From an uncultured Oscillospiraceae bacterium (GTDB lineage: Bacteria > Bacillota > Clostridia > Oscillospirales > Oscillospiraceae), in contig CALWOS010000030.1 in assembly GCA_944383185.1 (NCBI GenBank), forward strand, positions 1-40,179: a DNA stretch of 40,179 nucleotides. Direction: 5' to 3'. Numbering within the stretch: position 1 is the first letter of the stretch; each line of letters starts with the position of its first letter. The notes beneath the pieces are model-generated. The model was not told where the DNA came from and did not search any database. It saw only the letters and a program-made list of their open reading frames with translations. A program made the translations under genes and the position numbers. Shown here piece by piece: positions 8,184-17,327 of the stretch.

Positions 8184-8957
8184 ATGGCAGACAGGGTATT
8201 GCCAGGCCCGGTGAAGGCAAATGCCTGCATCAGCGAGGCCGTGTGCATCCACACCCGAAAGATCTTCGACAGCTGCCGTGACAAGGACTGCATCGAGGAT
8301 CTCCGGGTCTTCCCCACCACCACCTCACAGGCTTACATAGAAAATGCCAGCAGCATCCGTCCCAAGAGTACAGAGCTGCTGTATGTGAGCGTGAATGTGG
8401 AGGAGATTGCATTCAACCGCGGTAACTACGCGGTGGATGTGACCTACTACTATAAGGTAACTGGCGAAGCAATGCCCGGGGGCCAGGAAGTGACTGGTCT
8501 CGCCGTGTTTGACAAACGGGTCATCCTCTATGGCAGCGCGGGCAACGCCAAGGTATTCCGCTCCGGCTGGGGCACAATGCTGCCGGAACGGTGCATGATG
8601 CCCCAAGCCGTCGTAGAGGTTGTAGATCCCATCACCCTGGGCATGAAGCTGGTGGAGCGCTGCCAGTGCGGCCCGGACACGGAGTTGCGCAGCGTACCCC
8701 AGGAAATCATCGACCTTTTGGGCGAGCCCGTGATACTCACGGAGACAAACCGCCACTGGTACGTGACCTTGGGGCAGTTTTCCATCATCCGTCTGGAGCG
8801 GGATACGCAGCTTCTCATCCCCGCATACGACTACTGTATTCCCGAAAAGGAATGTGTCGGCGCCTCAGATCAGCAGGATCCCTGCGAACTCTTTGGGCAG
8901 ATTCGATTCCCCATGGAAGAGTTTTTCCCGCCGGACAATCCAAACAGCGGCAACTAG
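8184..8957 (+). CDS. Cys-rich conserved hypothetical protein (257 aa)
   Basis: ATG 8184 with AGGAGG at 8171-8176. N-terminal cluster C15/C21/C31/C36 (ACISEAVCIHTRKIFDSCRDKDCIEDLRV). Further Cys pairs ERCQCGPD and YDYCIPEKECV..DPCE. No family name recognised with confidence. Confidence 0.7.
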   Translation: MADRVLPGPVKANACISEAVCIHTRKIFDSCRDKDCIEDLRVFPTTTSQAYIENASSIRPKSTELLYVSVNVEEIAFNRGNYAVDVTYYYKVTGEAMPGGQEVTGLAVFDKRVILYGSAGNAKVFRSGWGTMLPERCMMPQAVVEVVDPITLGMKLVERCQCGPDTELRSVPQEIIDLLGEPVILTETNRHWYVTLGQFSIIRLERDTQLLIPAYDYCIPEKECVGASDQQDPCELFGQIRFPMEEFFPPDNPNSGN

Positions 8958-9026
8958 CCCTGGCAAAGAGACGTACGCCCAGGCCAGGCGGCGCACAGGC
9001 CCAGTAAAACCGGGCAGCTGCAAAGT

Positions 9027-9062
9027 ACCCCCTGACGTAGGAAAAAGACTACGTCAGGGGGT
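9027..9062. terminator. Bidirectional stem-loop between convergent genes
   Basis: ACCCCCTGACGTAG (9027-9040), loop GAAAAAGA, CTACGTCAGGGGGT (9049-9062). Perfect 14-bp stem with weak U-tracts on both sides. Confidence 0.55.
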
Positions 9063-9074
9063 ATTTCACATGCA

Positions 9075-9380
9075 TTATTCAGCTGGGGATGTCTTTTCCT
9101 CCCCGGCTTTTTTCCGTCTGACCTGCTCAATGAGCAGAGGCATTTTATCCATGATATGGTCAAAGCCGCCGGGGCCGTGAGGGATCATGCAGTGGCTGCA
9201 GTCCTTCACGCCGCTTTCCAGGTAGCGGAAGTGGCCACCACAGTTGGGGCCCAGGGCGTAGAGCGGACAATAGCAGAACAGACAATTAAATGTCTCCGGG
9301 TCCGCGCCTTTGTGGCAGGGGTAGTATTCGCAGTTTTTGTGGGAGAAGTGCTTATAATTTGTCGTCTTGATCTCGTCCAT
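9075..9380 (-). CDS. Cysteine-rich small domain protein (zf-like, function unknown)
   Basis: HKNCEYYPCHKG..FNCLFCYCPLYALGPNCGGHF..KDCSHCMIPHG matches the Cys-rich small domain pattern as I recall it. GGGAGGGG RBS in the 11-nt gap after glmS. Confidence 0.75.
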   Translation of the reverse strand: MDEIKTTNYKHFSHKNCEYYPCHKGADPETFNCLFCYCPLYALGPNCGGHFRYLESGVKDCSHCMIPHGPGGFDHIMDKMPLLIEQVRRKKAGEEKTSPAE

Positions 9381-9391
9381 GTTCCCCTCCC

Positions 9392-11221
9392 CTATTCTAC
9401 TGTGACGCTCTTAGCGAGGTTTCTGGGCTTATCAATGTCGCAGCCCCGGTACAGGGCCATGTAATAGGCAAACAGCTGCAGCGGCAGTACGGCCAGAGAA
9501 GGCAGCAGCGCCTCGTGCGTGTCGGGTATGACGATGATCTCGTCTGCCGCGTGCTCCACCCGCTGGCGGAGGTGTTCCGTAGTGACGGCCAGGACCGTGG
9601 CGCCCCTGGCCCGGACCTCCAGGGCGTTGCTGGCGGTCTTTTCCACCAGGCGCTCAAAGGAAGTAATGGCGATGACCAGGGTGCCGTTCACCACCAGAGA
9701 GATGGTGCCGTGTTTGAGCTCCCCGGCAGCATAGGCGTCTGAGTGGATGTAAGAGATTTCCTTGAGTTTCAGGCTCCCCTCCAGGGAGAGGGCGTAGTCA
9801 ATATTGCGGCCAATAAAGAAAATGTCCTCGTTGTTGAAGAAACGGTATGCCAGGTACTGGATGTGGGCCTTGTCTTCCAGAATGCGCCGGAGCTTATCCG
9901 GCACAGCCAGAAGTTCGGTGAGGATGGCGTCATAGGTTTCCTGATCCATAGCGCCCCGCACCGCACCAAAATACAGCGTAAGCAGTACCATCACCGCAAG
10001 CTGGGTGCTGTACGCCTTTGTGGTGGCCACGGCGATCTCCGGCCCGGCTTTGGTGTAGATCACGCTGTTTGCCTCCCGGGCGATGGAGCTGCCCTCCACG
10101 TTCACAATGGACAAGGTGTATGCTCCCCCGGCTTTTGCCTCTTTGAGAGCTTCCAGGGTATCGGCGGTCTCACCGCTCTGGCTGATGCATATGACCAGGG
10201 TATTCCCGTCCAAAATGGGGTCACAATAGCGGAACTCCGAGGCCAGCACCACCTCCACTGGGATGCGCACCTGTTTTTCCATGGTGTACTTGGCCACAAC
10301 ACCCACATGGTAGGATGAGCCGCAGGCCACCACGTACAGCCGGTTCAGCCGCCGGACCAGCTCCGCGTCCAGGACCTGGGAGAGATCCGCCCGGCCATCC
10401 CGCAAAAACGGCTCTACCGTGCGGCGAACAGCCTCCGGCTGCTCCATAATCTCCTTGAACATGTAGTGCTCATATCCGCCCTTGTCCGCTGCGGAAATAT
10501 CCCAGTCCACTTCCTTGCGTTCTTTCTGGATCTCGTCCAGGAAGGGGGTGTAGAACGTGACGCTGTCAGGCCGGACCACGGCAATTTCATCATCATCCAG
10601 ATAACTGACCGTGCGGGTGTGTTCCGCCAGCGCCACCACGTCCGAGGCAAAAAAGTTCTCCCCTTCCCCATAGCCCACGATCAGGGGTGCATGGCTTTTT
10701 GCCGCCACCAGCGTACCTGGTTCGTCGGCACATACCACGCCGATGGCGTAGCTGCCTTCCAGCTCACGGACCGCCCGGGCTACTGCGTCTAGCAGGTCGC
10801 CCTTGTAGTAGTAATCGATCAGATGGGCAGCCACTTCCGTATCGGTCTCAGAAGCAAAGACCCGGCCCCGGTTTTCCAGCATTTCCTTCAAAGGGGCATA
10901 GTTTTCAATAATGCCGTTGTGCACAATGGCGATCCGGCCATTCCCGCTCACATGGGGATGGGAATTCTCGTCCGAAGGCTTGCCGTGGGTTGCCCAGCGG
11001 GTGTGGCCCACGCCCGCTGTGCCGGAGAGGGCCGCCCCATTATGGCATTTCTCCCGCAGGGCGGAGAGCCGCCCCATGGCTTTGACCACATGGAGCTTGG
11101 CATCCGGCCCCTTTACCGCCAGTCCGGCGGAATCATACCCCCGGTATTCCAAACGGTCCAGGCCGTTCAACAGCAGTGGTGCGGCCTGCCTTGTTCCAGT
11201 ATATCCAACGATTCCACACAT
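9392..11221 (-). CDS. glmS: Glutamine--fructose-6-phosphate aminotransferase (isomerising)
   Basis: MCGIVGY Ntn-amidotransferase start, two SIS domains, canonical C-terminus ..AKSVTVE. 609 aa. Confidence 0.97.
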   Translation of the reverse strand: MCGIVGYTGTRQAAPLLLNGLDRLEYRGYDSAGLAVKGPDAKLHVVKAMGRLSALREKCHNGAALSGTAGVGHTRWATHGKPSDENSHPHVSGNGRIAIVHNGIIENYAPLKEMLENRGRVFASETDTEVAAHLIDYYYKGDLLDAVARAVRELEGSYAIGVVCADEPGTLVAAKSHAPLIVGYGEGENFFASDVVALAEHTRTVSYLDDDEIAVVRPDSVTFYTPFLDEIQKERKEVDWDISAADKGGYEHYMFKEIMEQPEAVRRTVEPFLRDGRADLSQVLDAELVRRLNRLYVVACGSSYHVGVVAKYTMEKQVRIPVEVVLASEFRYCDPILDGNTLVICISQSGETADTLEALKEAKAGGAYTLSIVNVEGSSIAREANSVIYTKAGPEIAVATTKAYSTQLAVMVLLTLYFGAVRGAMDQETYDAILTELLAVPDKLRRILEDKAHIQYLAYRFFNNEDIFFIGRNIDYALSLEGSLKLKEISYIHSDAYAAGELKHGTISLVVNGTLVIAITSFERLVEKTASNALEVRARGATVLAVTTEHLRQRVEHAADEIIVIPDTHEALLPSLAVLPLQLFAYYMALYRGCDIDKPRNLAKSVTVE

Positions 11222-11266
11222 ACTTGATAGTTATCCTCCATGGTATTTTTCAGAACATAGGACAAG

Positions 11267-11290
11267 GCGCGGGGGAAAACTCCCCCGCGC
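11267..11290 (-). terminator. GC-rich hairpin after dapL (terminator-like) in the glmS upstream gap
   Basis: GCGCGGGGGA (11267-11276), loop AAAC, TCCCCCGCGC (11281-11290). The downstream minus-strand tract CTTGTCCTATGTT is only moderately U-rich. Confidence 0.45.
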
Positions 11291-11313
11291 TATCCTGTTC
11301 TGCCTGAGCGCGG

Positions 11314-12525
11314 TTACAAAACCGCGGCGATTCGCGCCACGGCCTGGGCTGTAGCGACCTTGTCGCCGAAGGCGGTCCGGCGGATATAGCCCTCCCCGTT
11401 GGGGCCGAAGCCCGCGCCGGGAGTGGTCACCACATGGGCTTTTTGCAAAAGCTGGTCGAAGAAGGACCAGCTGTCCAGCCCCGCAGGCGTTTTGCACCAG
11501 ATATATGGGGCGTTCTCCCCGCCATAAACCGTCAGGCCCGCGCCGGCGAGGCCGGAACGGATGGTGGCGGCATTTTCCAGATAGTAGGCGATGTTGGCCT
11601 TCACCTGGGCCTGGCCCGCGGCGGTATAGACCGCTTCCGCGCCCCGCTGAATGACGTAGGCGGTGCCGTTAAACTTGGTGGACTGGCGCCGGGCCCACAT
11701 TTGGTTCAGGGAGACATTCTGGCGTACCAGCTCCTTGGGCACGACGGTATAGCCGCAGCGGGTGCCGGTGAAACCGGCGGTTTTGGAAAAGCTGCGGAAC
11801 TCAATGGCGCAGGTTTTGGCGCCAGGGATCTCGAAGATGCTGTGGGGAATATCCGGGTCTGTAATAAAGGCCTCGTAGGCGCTGTCGAATAGGATGACGC
11901 TCCCCTTGGCGTTGGCATAGTCCACCCATTTCTGCAGTTCCTTGCGGGAGGCCACCGTGCCCATCGGGTTGTTGGGATAGCACAGGTAGATCAGATCCGC
12001 GTCCGGCTCCGGAAGCTGAGGTAAAAAACCGTTTTCCTCCCGGCAGGGCATGTAGACCAGACGGGTCCACTTCTCCCCGTCGTAGTCCCCGGCGCGGCCC
12101 GCCATGGCGTTGGTGTCCACATATACGGGGTAGACCGGGTCGCAGACCGCCACCACGTTGTCCACGTCGAAGATATCGCCAATGTTGCCGCAGTCGGACT
12201 TGGCGCCGTCCGAGACGATGATTTCATCCAGGCTCAGTTCCACGCCCCGGGCCTTGTAGTCATGATCCAGAATGGCCTGGCGCAGAAAATCATAGCCCAA
12301 CTCAGGACCGTAGCCCCGGAAGGTCTCCTTATGCCCCATTTCCTCCACAGCGGCGTGCATGGCCAGGATCACCGCTTCCGGCAGGGGCAGGGTCACATCC
12401 CCAATGCCCAGGCGGATGATGTCGGCGTCCGGATGTTCCTGAGAAAAGATCTGGACACGGCGGGCGATCTCGGAAAAGAGATAGCTTCCCGGCAGCTTCT
12501 GGTAATTGGAATTGATCTTCAGCAA
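11314..12525 (-). CDS. dapL: LL-diaminopimelate aminotransferase
   Basis: [20 protein letters not shown] start typical of DapL. PLP-lysine motif [15 protein letters not shown]. 403 aa. Adjacent to dapF. Confidence 0.9.
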   Translation of the reverse strand: MLKINSNYQKLPGSYLFSEIARRVQIFSQEHPDADIIRLGIGDVTLPLPEAVILAMHAAVEEMGHKETFRGYGPELGYDFLRQAILDHDYKARGVELSLDEIIVSDGAKSDCGNIGDIFDVDNVVAVCDPVYPVYVDTNAMAGRAGDYDGEKWTRLVYMPCREENGFLPQLPEPDADLIYLCYPNNPMGTVASRKELQKWVDYANAKGSVILFDSAYEAFITDPDIPHSIFEIPGAKTCAIEFRSFSKTAGFTGTRCGYTVVPKELVRQNVSLNQMWARRQSTKFNGTAYVIQRGAEAVYTAAGQAQVKANIAYYLENAATIRSGLAGAGLTVYGGENAPYIWCKTPAGLDSWSFFDQLLQKAHVVTTPGAGFGPNGEGYIRRTAFGDKVATAQAVARIAAVL

Positions 12526-12551
12526 GGCGCTTGCCTCCTTCTCCGTTGTCT

Positions 12552-13388
12552 TCAGATGAGGTCGGTTTCCCCGTCAAATACCGTCTCAGCCGGGCCGGTC
12601 ATATACAGGAGGTTCTCCTGGCGATCCCACTGGATGGTAAGTTCGCCGCCCAGGAGCAGTAGCCGGGCGCTGTCATTGCTCTTGCCGGTGACGGCGGCGG
12701 CGGCCAGGGAAGCTGTGGAACCGGTGCCGCAGGCCAGGGTCTCGCCGCTGCCGCGCTCCCAGACGCGCATTTTCAGTGTGCCCCGGTCCACCACTTCCAC
12801 AAATTCAGTGTTGATCCGCTCTGGAAACAGCGGGTGATTCTCAAAAGCCGGACCCAGGGTGGGCAGATCCAGCCCCGCAACATGATCCACAAAAACCACG
12901 GCGTGGGGATTGCCCACAGACAGGCAGGTTACCAGCCATTTCCGGCCCAAAACTTCCACCGGCTGCAGGATAAAGTTCTCCCCCGAGGCCGCCACAGGGA
13001 TCTTTTCCGGGCGGAACTCCGGCGCGCCCATACACACCCGGACGGTGGCTACCTTGCCCTTCTCCACCTGGAGCCAGAGGGTTTTGATCTCCCCGCCGGT
13101 CTCTACGGTGATCTGCATTTTATCCGTGAGGCCACGGTCGTAGACATACTTGGCCACACAGCGGATGCCGTTGCCACACATCTGGGAGTAGGAACCGTCG
13201 GCGTTGTACATATCCATTTTGAAGTCCGCCCGGTCACTGGGGCAAATGCAGATGAGTCCGTCGCCCCCGATGCCAAAATGCCGGTCAGACAACTTCACCG
13301 CCGCCGCGGGGCGGTCCTCAATCTTCTCCTGAAAGCAGTCGACGTAGATATAATCGTTGCCGCAGCCGTGCATTTTTGTGAATTTCAT
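12552..13388 (-). CDS. dapF: Diaminopimelate epimerase
   Basis: [17 protein letters not shown]. Catalytic Cys motifs MCGNGIRC and LACGTGSTA. 278 aa. Confidence 0.95.
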   Translation of the reverse strand: MKFTKMHGCGNDYIYVDCFQEKIEDRPAAAVKLSDRHFGIGGDGLICICPSDRADFKMDMYNADGSYSQMCGNGIRCVAKYVYDRGLTDKMQITVETGGEIKTLWLQVEKGKVATVRVCMGAPEFRPEKIPVAASGENFILQPVEVLGRKWLVTCLSVGNPHAVVFVDHVAGLDLPTLGPAFENHPLFPERINTEFVEVVDRGTLKMRVWERGSGETLACGTGSTASLAAAAVTGKSNDSARLLLLGGELTIQWDRQENLLYMTGPAETVFDGETDLI

Positions 13389-13422
13389 GGTCGCGTTCCT
13401 CCTTGGATGATGGCTCGGCGCA

Positions 13423-13908
13423 TCACACCGCCAGGGCCAGCTTTCCTCCGGGCTGCACCCGGCAAAACTCCAGCAGCGCGCAGATCTTATCCGTAAGGCA
13501 GACGATGGCCGCTTCCCGGCTCCGGGGCAGTTTGCGCAGTGTCAGGGGCCACATGTGGCTTTCGATGATGTTGGCCTCCACCGGTGTAAGGGTATAGAGG
13601 CGCTGGGCATTTTCCAGGGCACGGGCCGGGTGCCGGAAGCCGTGGCGCTTTTTGGGCGCGTCGTCATCATGCCAATCGTAGAGATAAAAATCGTGGAGAA
13701 AAGCGCCCTGAACCAAGGCCTTCTCATCCGCGCCCAGACGCAGGCGGCGATTGAGGTAAAAGCTCATGCACACCACGCCCATCACATGCTTGAAGGTAGT
13801 GCTTTTGCCGTGCTGCCGGAACAGCCGCATCCGAGCAGCCTCCAGGGTATTGGGTAGCGCGCCCAAAAGGCGCCGCAGCTCCAGTTGCTCTTCCTTTGTC
13901 AATTTCAT
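13423..13908 (-). CDS. HD-domain phosphohydrolase (function unknown)
   Basis: H..(27 aa)..HD pattern: HVMGVVCMSFY ... AFLHDFYLYDWHDD ... HMWP. 161 aa. First gene of the HD-dapF-dapL unit. Confidence 0.75.
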   Translation of the reverse strand: MKLTKEEQLELRRLLGALPNTLEAARMRLFRQHGKSTTFKHVMGVVCMSFYLNRRLRLGADEKALVQGAFLHDFYLYDWHDDDAPKKRHGFRHPARALENAQRLYTLTPVEANIIESHMWPLTLRKLPRSREAAIVCLTDKICALLEFCRVQPGGKLALAV

Positions 13909-14035
13909 AGGATCGGTTACCTGCTTTTTTCAGATTCCGGGCGCCCTTGCCTTGGGCCGCCCTCCCGCCGCGAGCAGCGGAAATGTCGGTGAGCCCCGAC
14001 CACGTATAGGTAGAATACAGGCTCTAACAGGCAAC

Positions 14036-14064
14036 ATTATACTGGAATTCCTCTGTGATTGCAA
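14036..14064 (-). promoter_or_regulatory. Strong sigma-A type promoter for the HD-dapF-dapL operon
   Basis: Minus strand TTGCAA (14059-14064), 17-nt spacer, TATAAT (14036-14041). About 120 nt upstream of ATG 13908. Confidence 0.6.
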
Positions 14065-14202
14065 GGTACCGCCGCAAGTTTTTCATTTTACAAAGCAAAA
14101 CCATGTAAAACTGCCCAGGTATCGTTTTCAATCGCTCGGCCATGCGGCTTCCCAATCTCCCATTGTGGATCCGCTTTTCGACCCCATGCAGCAGATTCGC
14201 GC

Positions 14203-14240
14203 GGAAACGAAAAGCGGAGGCGCCCGAAAGGGCCCTCCGC
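14203..14240 (-). terminator. Rho-independent terminator ending the long priA...rsgA transcription unit
   Basis: GCGGAGG..CCC (14214-14225), GAAA loop, GGG.CCTCCGC (14230-14240). On the minus strand it is followed by TTTTCGTTTCC. Confidence 0.65.
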
Positions 14241-14358
14241 CCGGCCTCAGCCTCTCATTTTCCACCGGAACGTATCCGGCGCAGCAGCGTGCCCAGGATC
14301 CCAGGCGCGCGAAAAACGTAAACACGCATGTGCAAAGCCCCCTTCTGATTGAACCCCC

Positions 14359-14520
14359 CTATTCCCGCAGCAGCCAGATGCCCAGGATGATCAGCCCCGC
14401 GGCCACAAGAAACCACCAAAAGCCTGGCGGCAGCAGCTTTGCCATGAGGATCAGCACGCCCAGGGCGATGGCCACCGCCGCCAGGAGAGAGGGTTTTTTC
14501 CCGCATCTGCGCAAACGCAT
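14359..14520 (-). CDS. Small hypothetical membrane protein (about 53 aa)
   Basis: ORF 14359..14604 abuts the rsgA stop. The hydrophobic part MRLRRCGKKPSLLAAVAIALGVLILMAKLLPPGFWWFLVAAGLIILGIWLL starts at ATG 14520. GGAGGTG lies immediately upstream (spacing too short), so the start is uncertain. Confidence 0.35.
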   Translation of the reverse strand: MRLRRCGKKPSLLAAVAIALGVLILMAKLLPPGFWWFLVAAGLIILGIWLLRE

Positions 14521-14604
14521 CACCTCCGGCGTTACTCTCTGGTACAGAATATGCTGCTTCCTGAAAAAAGTTCCGCCCCCGGTATGCCGGAGGCGGAGCA
14601 GCAT

Positions 14605-15486
14605 TCATTTTTTCCGTTCCCAGTCGGGGATTTCATCCAAAATAGCTTTCAGGCGGACGTAGCTGTCATGGCGGCTTTTGGGTATGATCCCTGCGGCTAC
14701 GGCTTCCAGCACCCGGCAGTCCGGCTCACACACGTGCGCGCAGTCTGGAAAGCGGCAGGCGCCCAGGAAGGGCCGGAATTCCGGAAAGGATTCCGCAAGG
14801 TTCTCCCGGGTGAGGCCGGGCATCTGCTGTACGTCAAAAGCGGCAAAACCCGGGGTATCCGCAATGTAAGTGTCCCCGCCCAAGGGATAAAACTCCACAT
14901 GACGGGTGGTATGCCGTCCACGGCCCAGCTTCTGGCTCACTTCCCCCACAGGGATGCCCAGGCGGACGTCCAGGACGTTGAGCAGGCTGGATTTTCCCAC
15001 GCCCGAGTTCCCGGTGAAGGCACAGGCGCGCCCGGAAACAAGCCGGCGCAGTTCCTCCACCCCCTCCCCGGTTTTGGCGCTGGTGCGCAGCGTGGGAAAA
15101 CCAGCTGCCGTATATGTGGCATATAGGGTATCCCCAGGGTCCAGATCGCATTTGTTTACACATACCGCCACGGAGCAGTCTGCGGCACAGGCGATGGCGG
15201 ACACCTGATCCATAAGGAAGGGGTCCGTCACCGGGTTGACGTTGGCGCAGAGCATCACCAGGAGATCCACATTGGCCACTGCCGGGCGCACAAAGGCATT
15301 TTTTCGGGGCAGAAGCGCCGTGATGACGCCGCTTCTGCCCTCTGTTGGTTCCAAGTGTACCCTGTCTCCTACCAGAGGCGCGGTGCCTGCCAGGCGGAGC
15401 TTACCCCGGGCACGGCAACGGTACTCACCCTCCGGTGCTGCAACATCGTAAAAGCCGCTGCGGGAGCGTATAATCACGCCCTCCAT
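14605..15486 (-). CDS. rsgA: Ribosome small subunit-dependent GTPase A
   Basis: Circularly permuted GTPase: NKCDL then GNSGVGKSSLLN. Zn knuckle CRFPDCAHVCEPDC. 293 aa. Confidence 0.95.
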   Translation of the reverse strand: MEGVIIRSRSGFYDVAAPEGEYRCRARGKLRLAGTAPLVGDRVHLEPTEGRSGVITALLPRKNAFVRPAVANVDLLVMLCANVNPVTDPFLMDQVSAIACAADCSVAVCVNKCDLDPGDTLYATYTAAGFPTLRTSAKTGEGVEELRRLVSGRACAFTGNSGVGKSSLLNVLDVRLGIPVGEVSQKLGRGRHTTRHVEFYPLGGDTYIADTPGFAAFDVQQMPGLTRENLAESFPEFRPFLGACRFPDCAHVCEPDCRVLEAVAAGIIPKSRHDSYVRLKAILDEIPDWERKK

Positions 15487-15489
15487 ACC

Positions 15490-17301
15490 TCAGCCCTCCA
15501 CGCTGGCCGGGGGCGCTTCCTCCTCAGGTTGAGAAGGCTGGGGTGCGGGTCCCTGGGAGATCACGAGGTAAATCAGCGTTCCTTCCGCGACCTCACTGCC
15601 GGCTTCGGCGCTCTGCCACATCACCCTGCCATAGCCATAGGTGTCGCTGTAGCCGGAGGTAACGCTGCCCAGAGTGAGGCCCGCCTGGTACAGTGCGTCA
15701 ATCGCCTGGGATTGGGTGAGGTTCAGAAGGTCAGGCACTTCCATGAGCACCAGTTCAGGGCCGCCGCTGATAATCAGCTGCACCGTACCGCCTACGGCCA
15801 GCTGTTCCCCCGCCGCGGGATTGGTGCCGATGACATAGTTTTTTGTCACCTCACTGGCGGCATAGGTGTGCTCCACCACAAAGCCAAGCTCCTCCAGAGC
15901 TGCCGTGGCGTCCCGGTATTCCTTGTTGTAAAGGTCCGGGATGTCCACCATCTGAATCCCGCTGGAGACCACCAGTTCCACGTCTATACCACTGGACTGC
16001 TTCATCAGGCTCTTGTCCGGCTCCGGAGACTGTTCCATGACGATATTTTCCTCCACCGTAGCGCTGGGACGCATGGTGATGTTGAAGTGGAAAACGTCGG
16101 TCAGGCTCGTGTTGTTGACGATATCCTCGTAGTTGTCTCCCACAAAGTTTGGCACATTCACCCGTTCGGCATCTTCAAAGATGTCTCGGATAAAGAAATT
16201 CCACAGGAACACAAAGCAGGCCAGGAGAAAGGCCAGGACGATGAGGAACCCGGAAAGCATACTCACCTTTTTAGACCGGCTCCGGCGGCGGATAAATTTG
16301 TCATAACTCAACTCCCCGCTCCGGGAGATGGGGCGGACATTCTGCTTGACCACATAGCTCCGGCCGCTGTACACCCCAAGCGGCGCCTGCTCCTGGGCGG
16401 CGAGGGCCTCGTCATCCGGCTGCGGGAAAAAGACCTCTTCCGGCGCGGCCACTGAGGCGTTTTCGTCTGCCCGGAAACGGTCCAGGTCCGCCAGAAGTTC
16501 CTCTGCGGACTGGTAGCGCTGGTGGATATCCGGATTCATGGCCTTCATGGTAATGGCCTCCAGTCCGGCGGGAATGTCAGGGACAATATCCCGGGGCTGG
16601 AGGGGAATGGCGTTGATGTGCTGTACCGCGACGGATACTGCGCTGTCCCCTTCAAAGGGCAGGCGGCCTGTGAGCATCTCGTACATCACCACGCCCAGGG
16701 AATAGAGGTCCGTGCGGGCGTCCACTGTCTCCCCCTTGGCCTGTTCCGGCGAGATGTAGTGGACGCTGCCCAGGGCCTCCTGGTTCATCAGGGTATTCTG
16801 AGAATCCTGGAGCCGGGCGATGCCGAAGTCCGCCACCTTGATGACCCCGTCCCGGGTGAGCATGATGTTGTGGGGCTTGATGTCCCGATGGATGATGCCC
16901 TTGCTGTGGGCGTGAGACAGGGCTCTGGCGATCTGAGAGGAAAAGTGGAGCGCCTCTTTCCAGGTGAGGGCGCCGCGCTTTTCCATATATTGCTTCAGGC
17001 TGATGCCGTCCACCAGCTCCATGACGATATACATGGGGTCGCCGCCCCGGCTCACGTCGTAGACGGAGACGATGTTGGGGTGACTGAGCATGCTGATGGC
17101 CTTGCTCTCCGTCGTAAAACGCCGGCGGGATTCCGCGTCCGTAGCCATATCGTCCCGGAGGATCTTCACCGCCACATAGCGGTTGAGCCGGTGGCACAGA
17201 GCCTTGTACACCACGGCCATACCGCCGGCGCCGATAACCTCCAGGATTTCGTAGCGGTTGTCCAGGGTCTTGCCCAGATATCTGTCCATTGCATGATCCA
17301 T
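15490..17301 (-). CDS. prkC: Ser/Thr protein kinase with PASTA repeats (PrkC/Stk1 type)
   Basis: GAGGMAVVYKA, HRDIKPHN, DFGIAR. TM MLSGFLIVLAFLLACFVFLW. Three extracellular PASTA-like repeats. AAGGAG 9 nt upstream of ATG 17301. Confidence 0.93.
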   Translation of the reverse strand: MDHAMDRYLGKTLDNRYEILEVIGAGGMAVVYKALCHRLNRYVAVKILRDDMATDAESRRRFTTESKAISMLSHPNIVSVYDVSRGGDPMYIVMELVDGISLKQYMEKRGALTWKEALHFSSQIARALSHAHSKGIIHRDIKPHNIMLTRDGVIKVADFGIARLQDSQNTLMNQEALGSVHYISPEQAKGETVDARTDLYSLGVVMYEMLTGRLPFEGDSAVSVAVQHINAIPLQPRDIVPDIPAGLEAITMKAMNPDIHQRYQSAEELLADLDRFRADENASVAAPEEVFFPQPDDEALAAQEQAPLGVYSGRSYVVKQNVRPISRSGELSYDKFIRRRSRSKKVSMLSGFLIVLAFLLACFVFLWNFFIRDIFEDAERVNVPNFVGDNYEDIVNNTSLTDVFHFNITMRPSATVEENIVMEQSPEPDKSLMKQSSGIDVELVVSSGIQMVDIPDLYNKEYRDATAALEELGFVVEHTYAASEVTKNYVIGTNPAAGEQLAVGGTVQLIISGGPELVLMEVPDLLNLTQSQAIDALYQAGLTLGSVTSGYSDTYGYGRVMWQSAEAGSEVAEGTLIYLVISQGPAPQPSQPEEEAPPASVEG

Positions 17302-17327
17302 ATGCTTTCGCTCCTTTCTCTCCGGGA

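Noticed and set aside
11222-11313. glmS ribozyme upstream of glmS
   Set aside because: Looked for it because it is common in Firmicutes. Only 92 nt are available and no ribozyme core-like sequence is seen. Reported as an absence, not as a feature.
13909-14035. L-box (lysine) riboswitch upstream of HD-dapF-dapL
   Set aside because: The leader is about 120 nt, shorter than an L-box, and lacks the conserved L-box core segments I can recall. Kept only as an unclassified structured leader.
14255-14329. 24-codon ORF MRVYVFRAPGILGTLLRRIRSGGK between the small TM ORF and the terminator
   Set aside because: Very short, with no recognisable features beyond an AAGGGGG-like motif. It is indistinguishable from chance in a 3' UTR.
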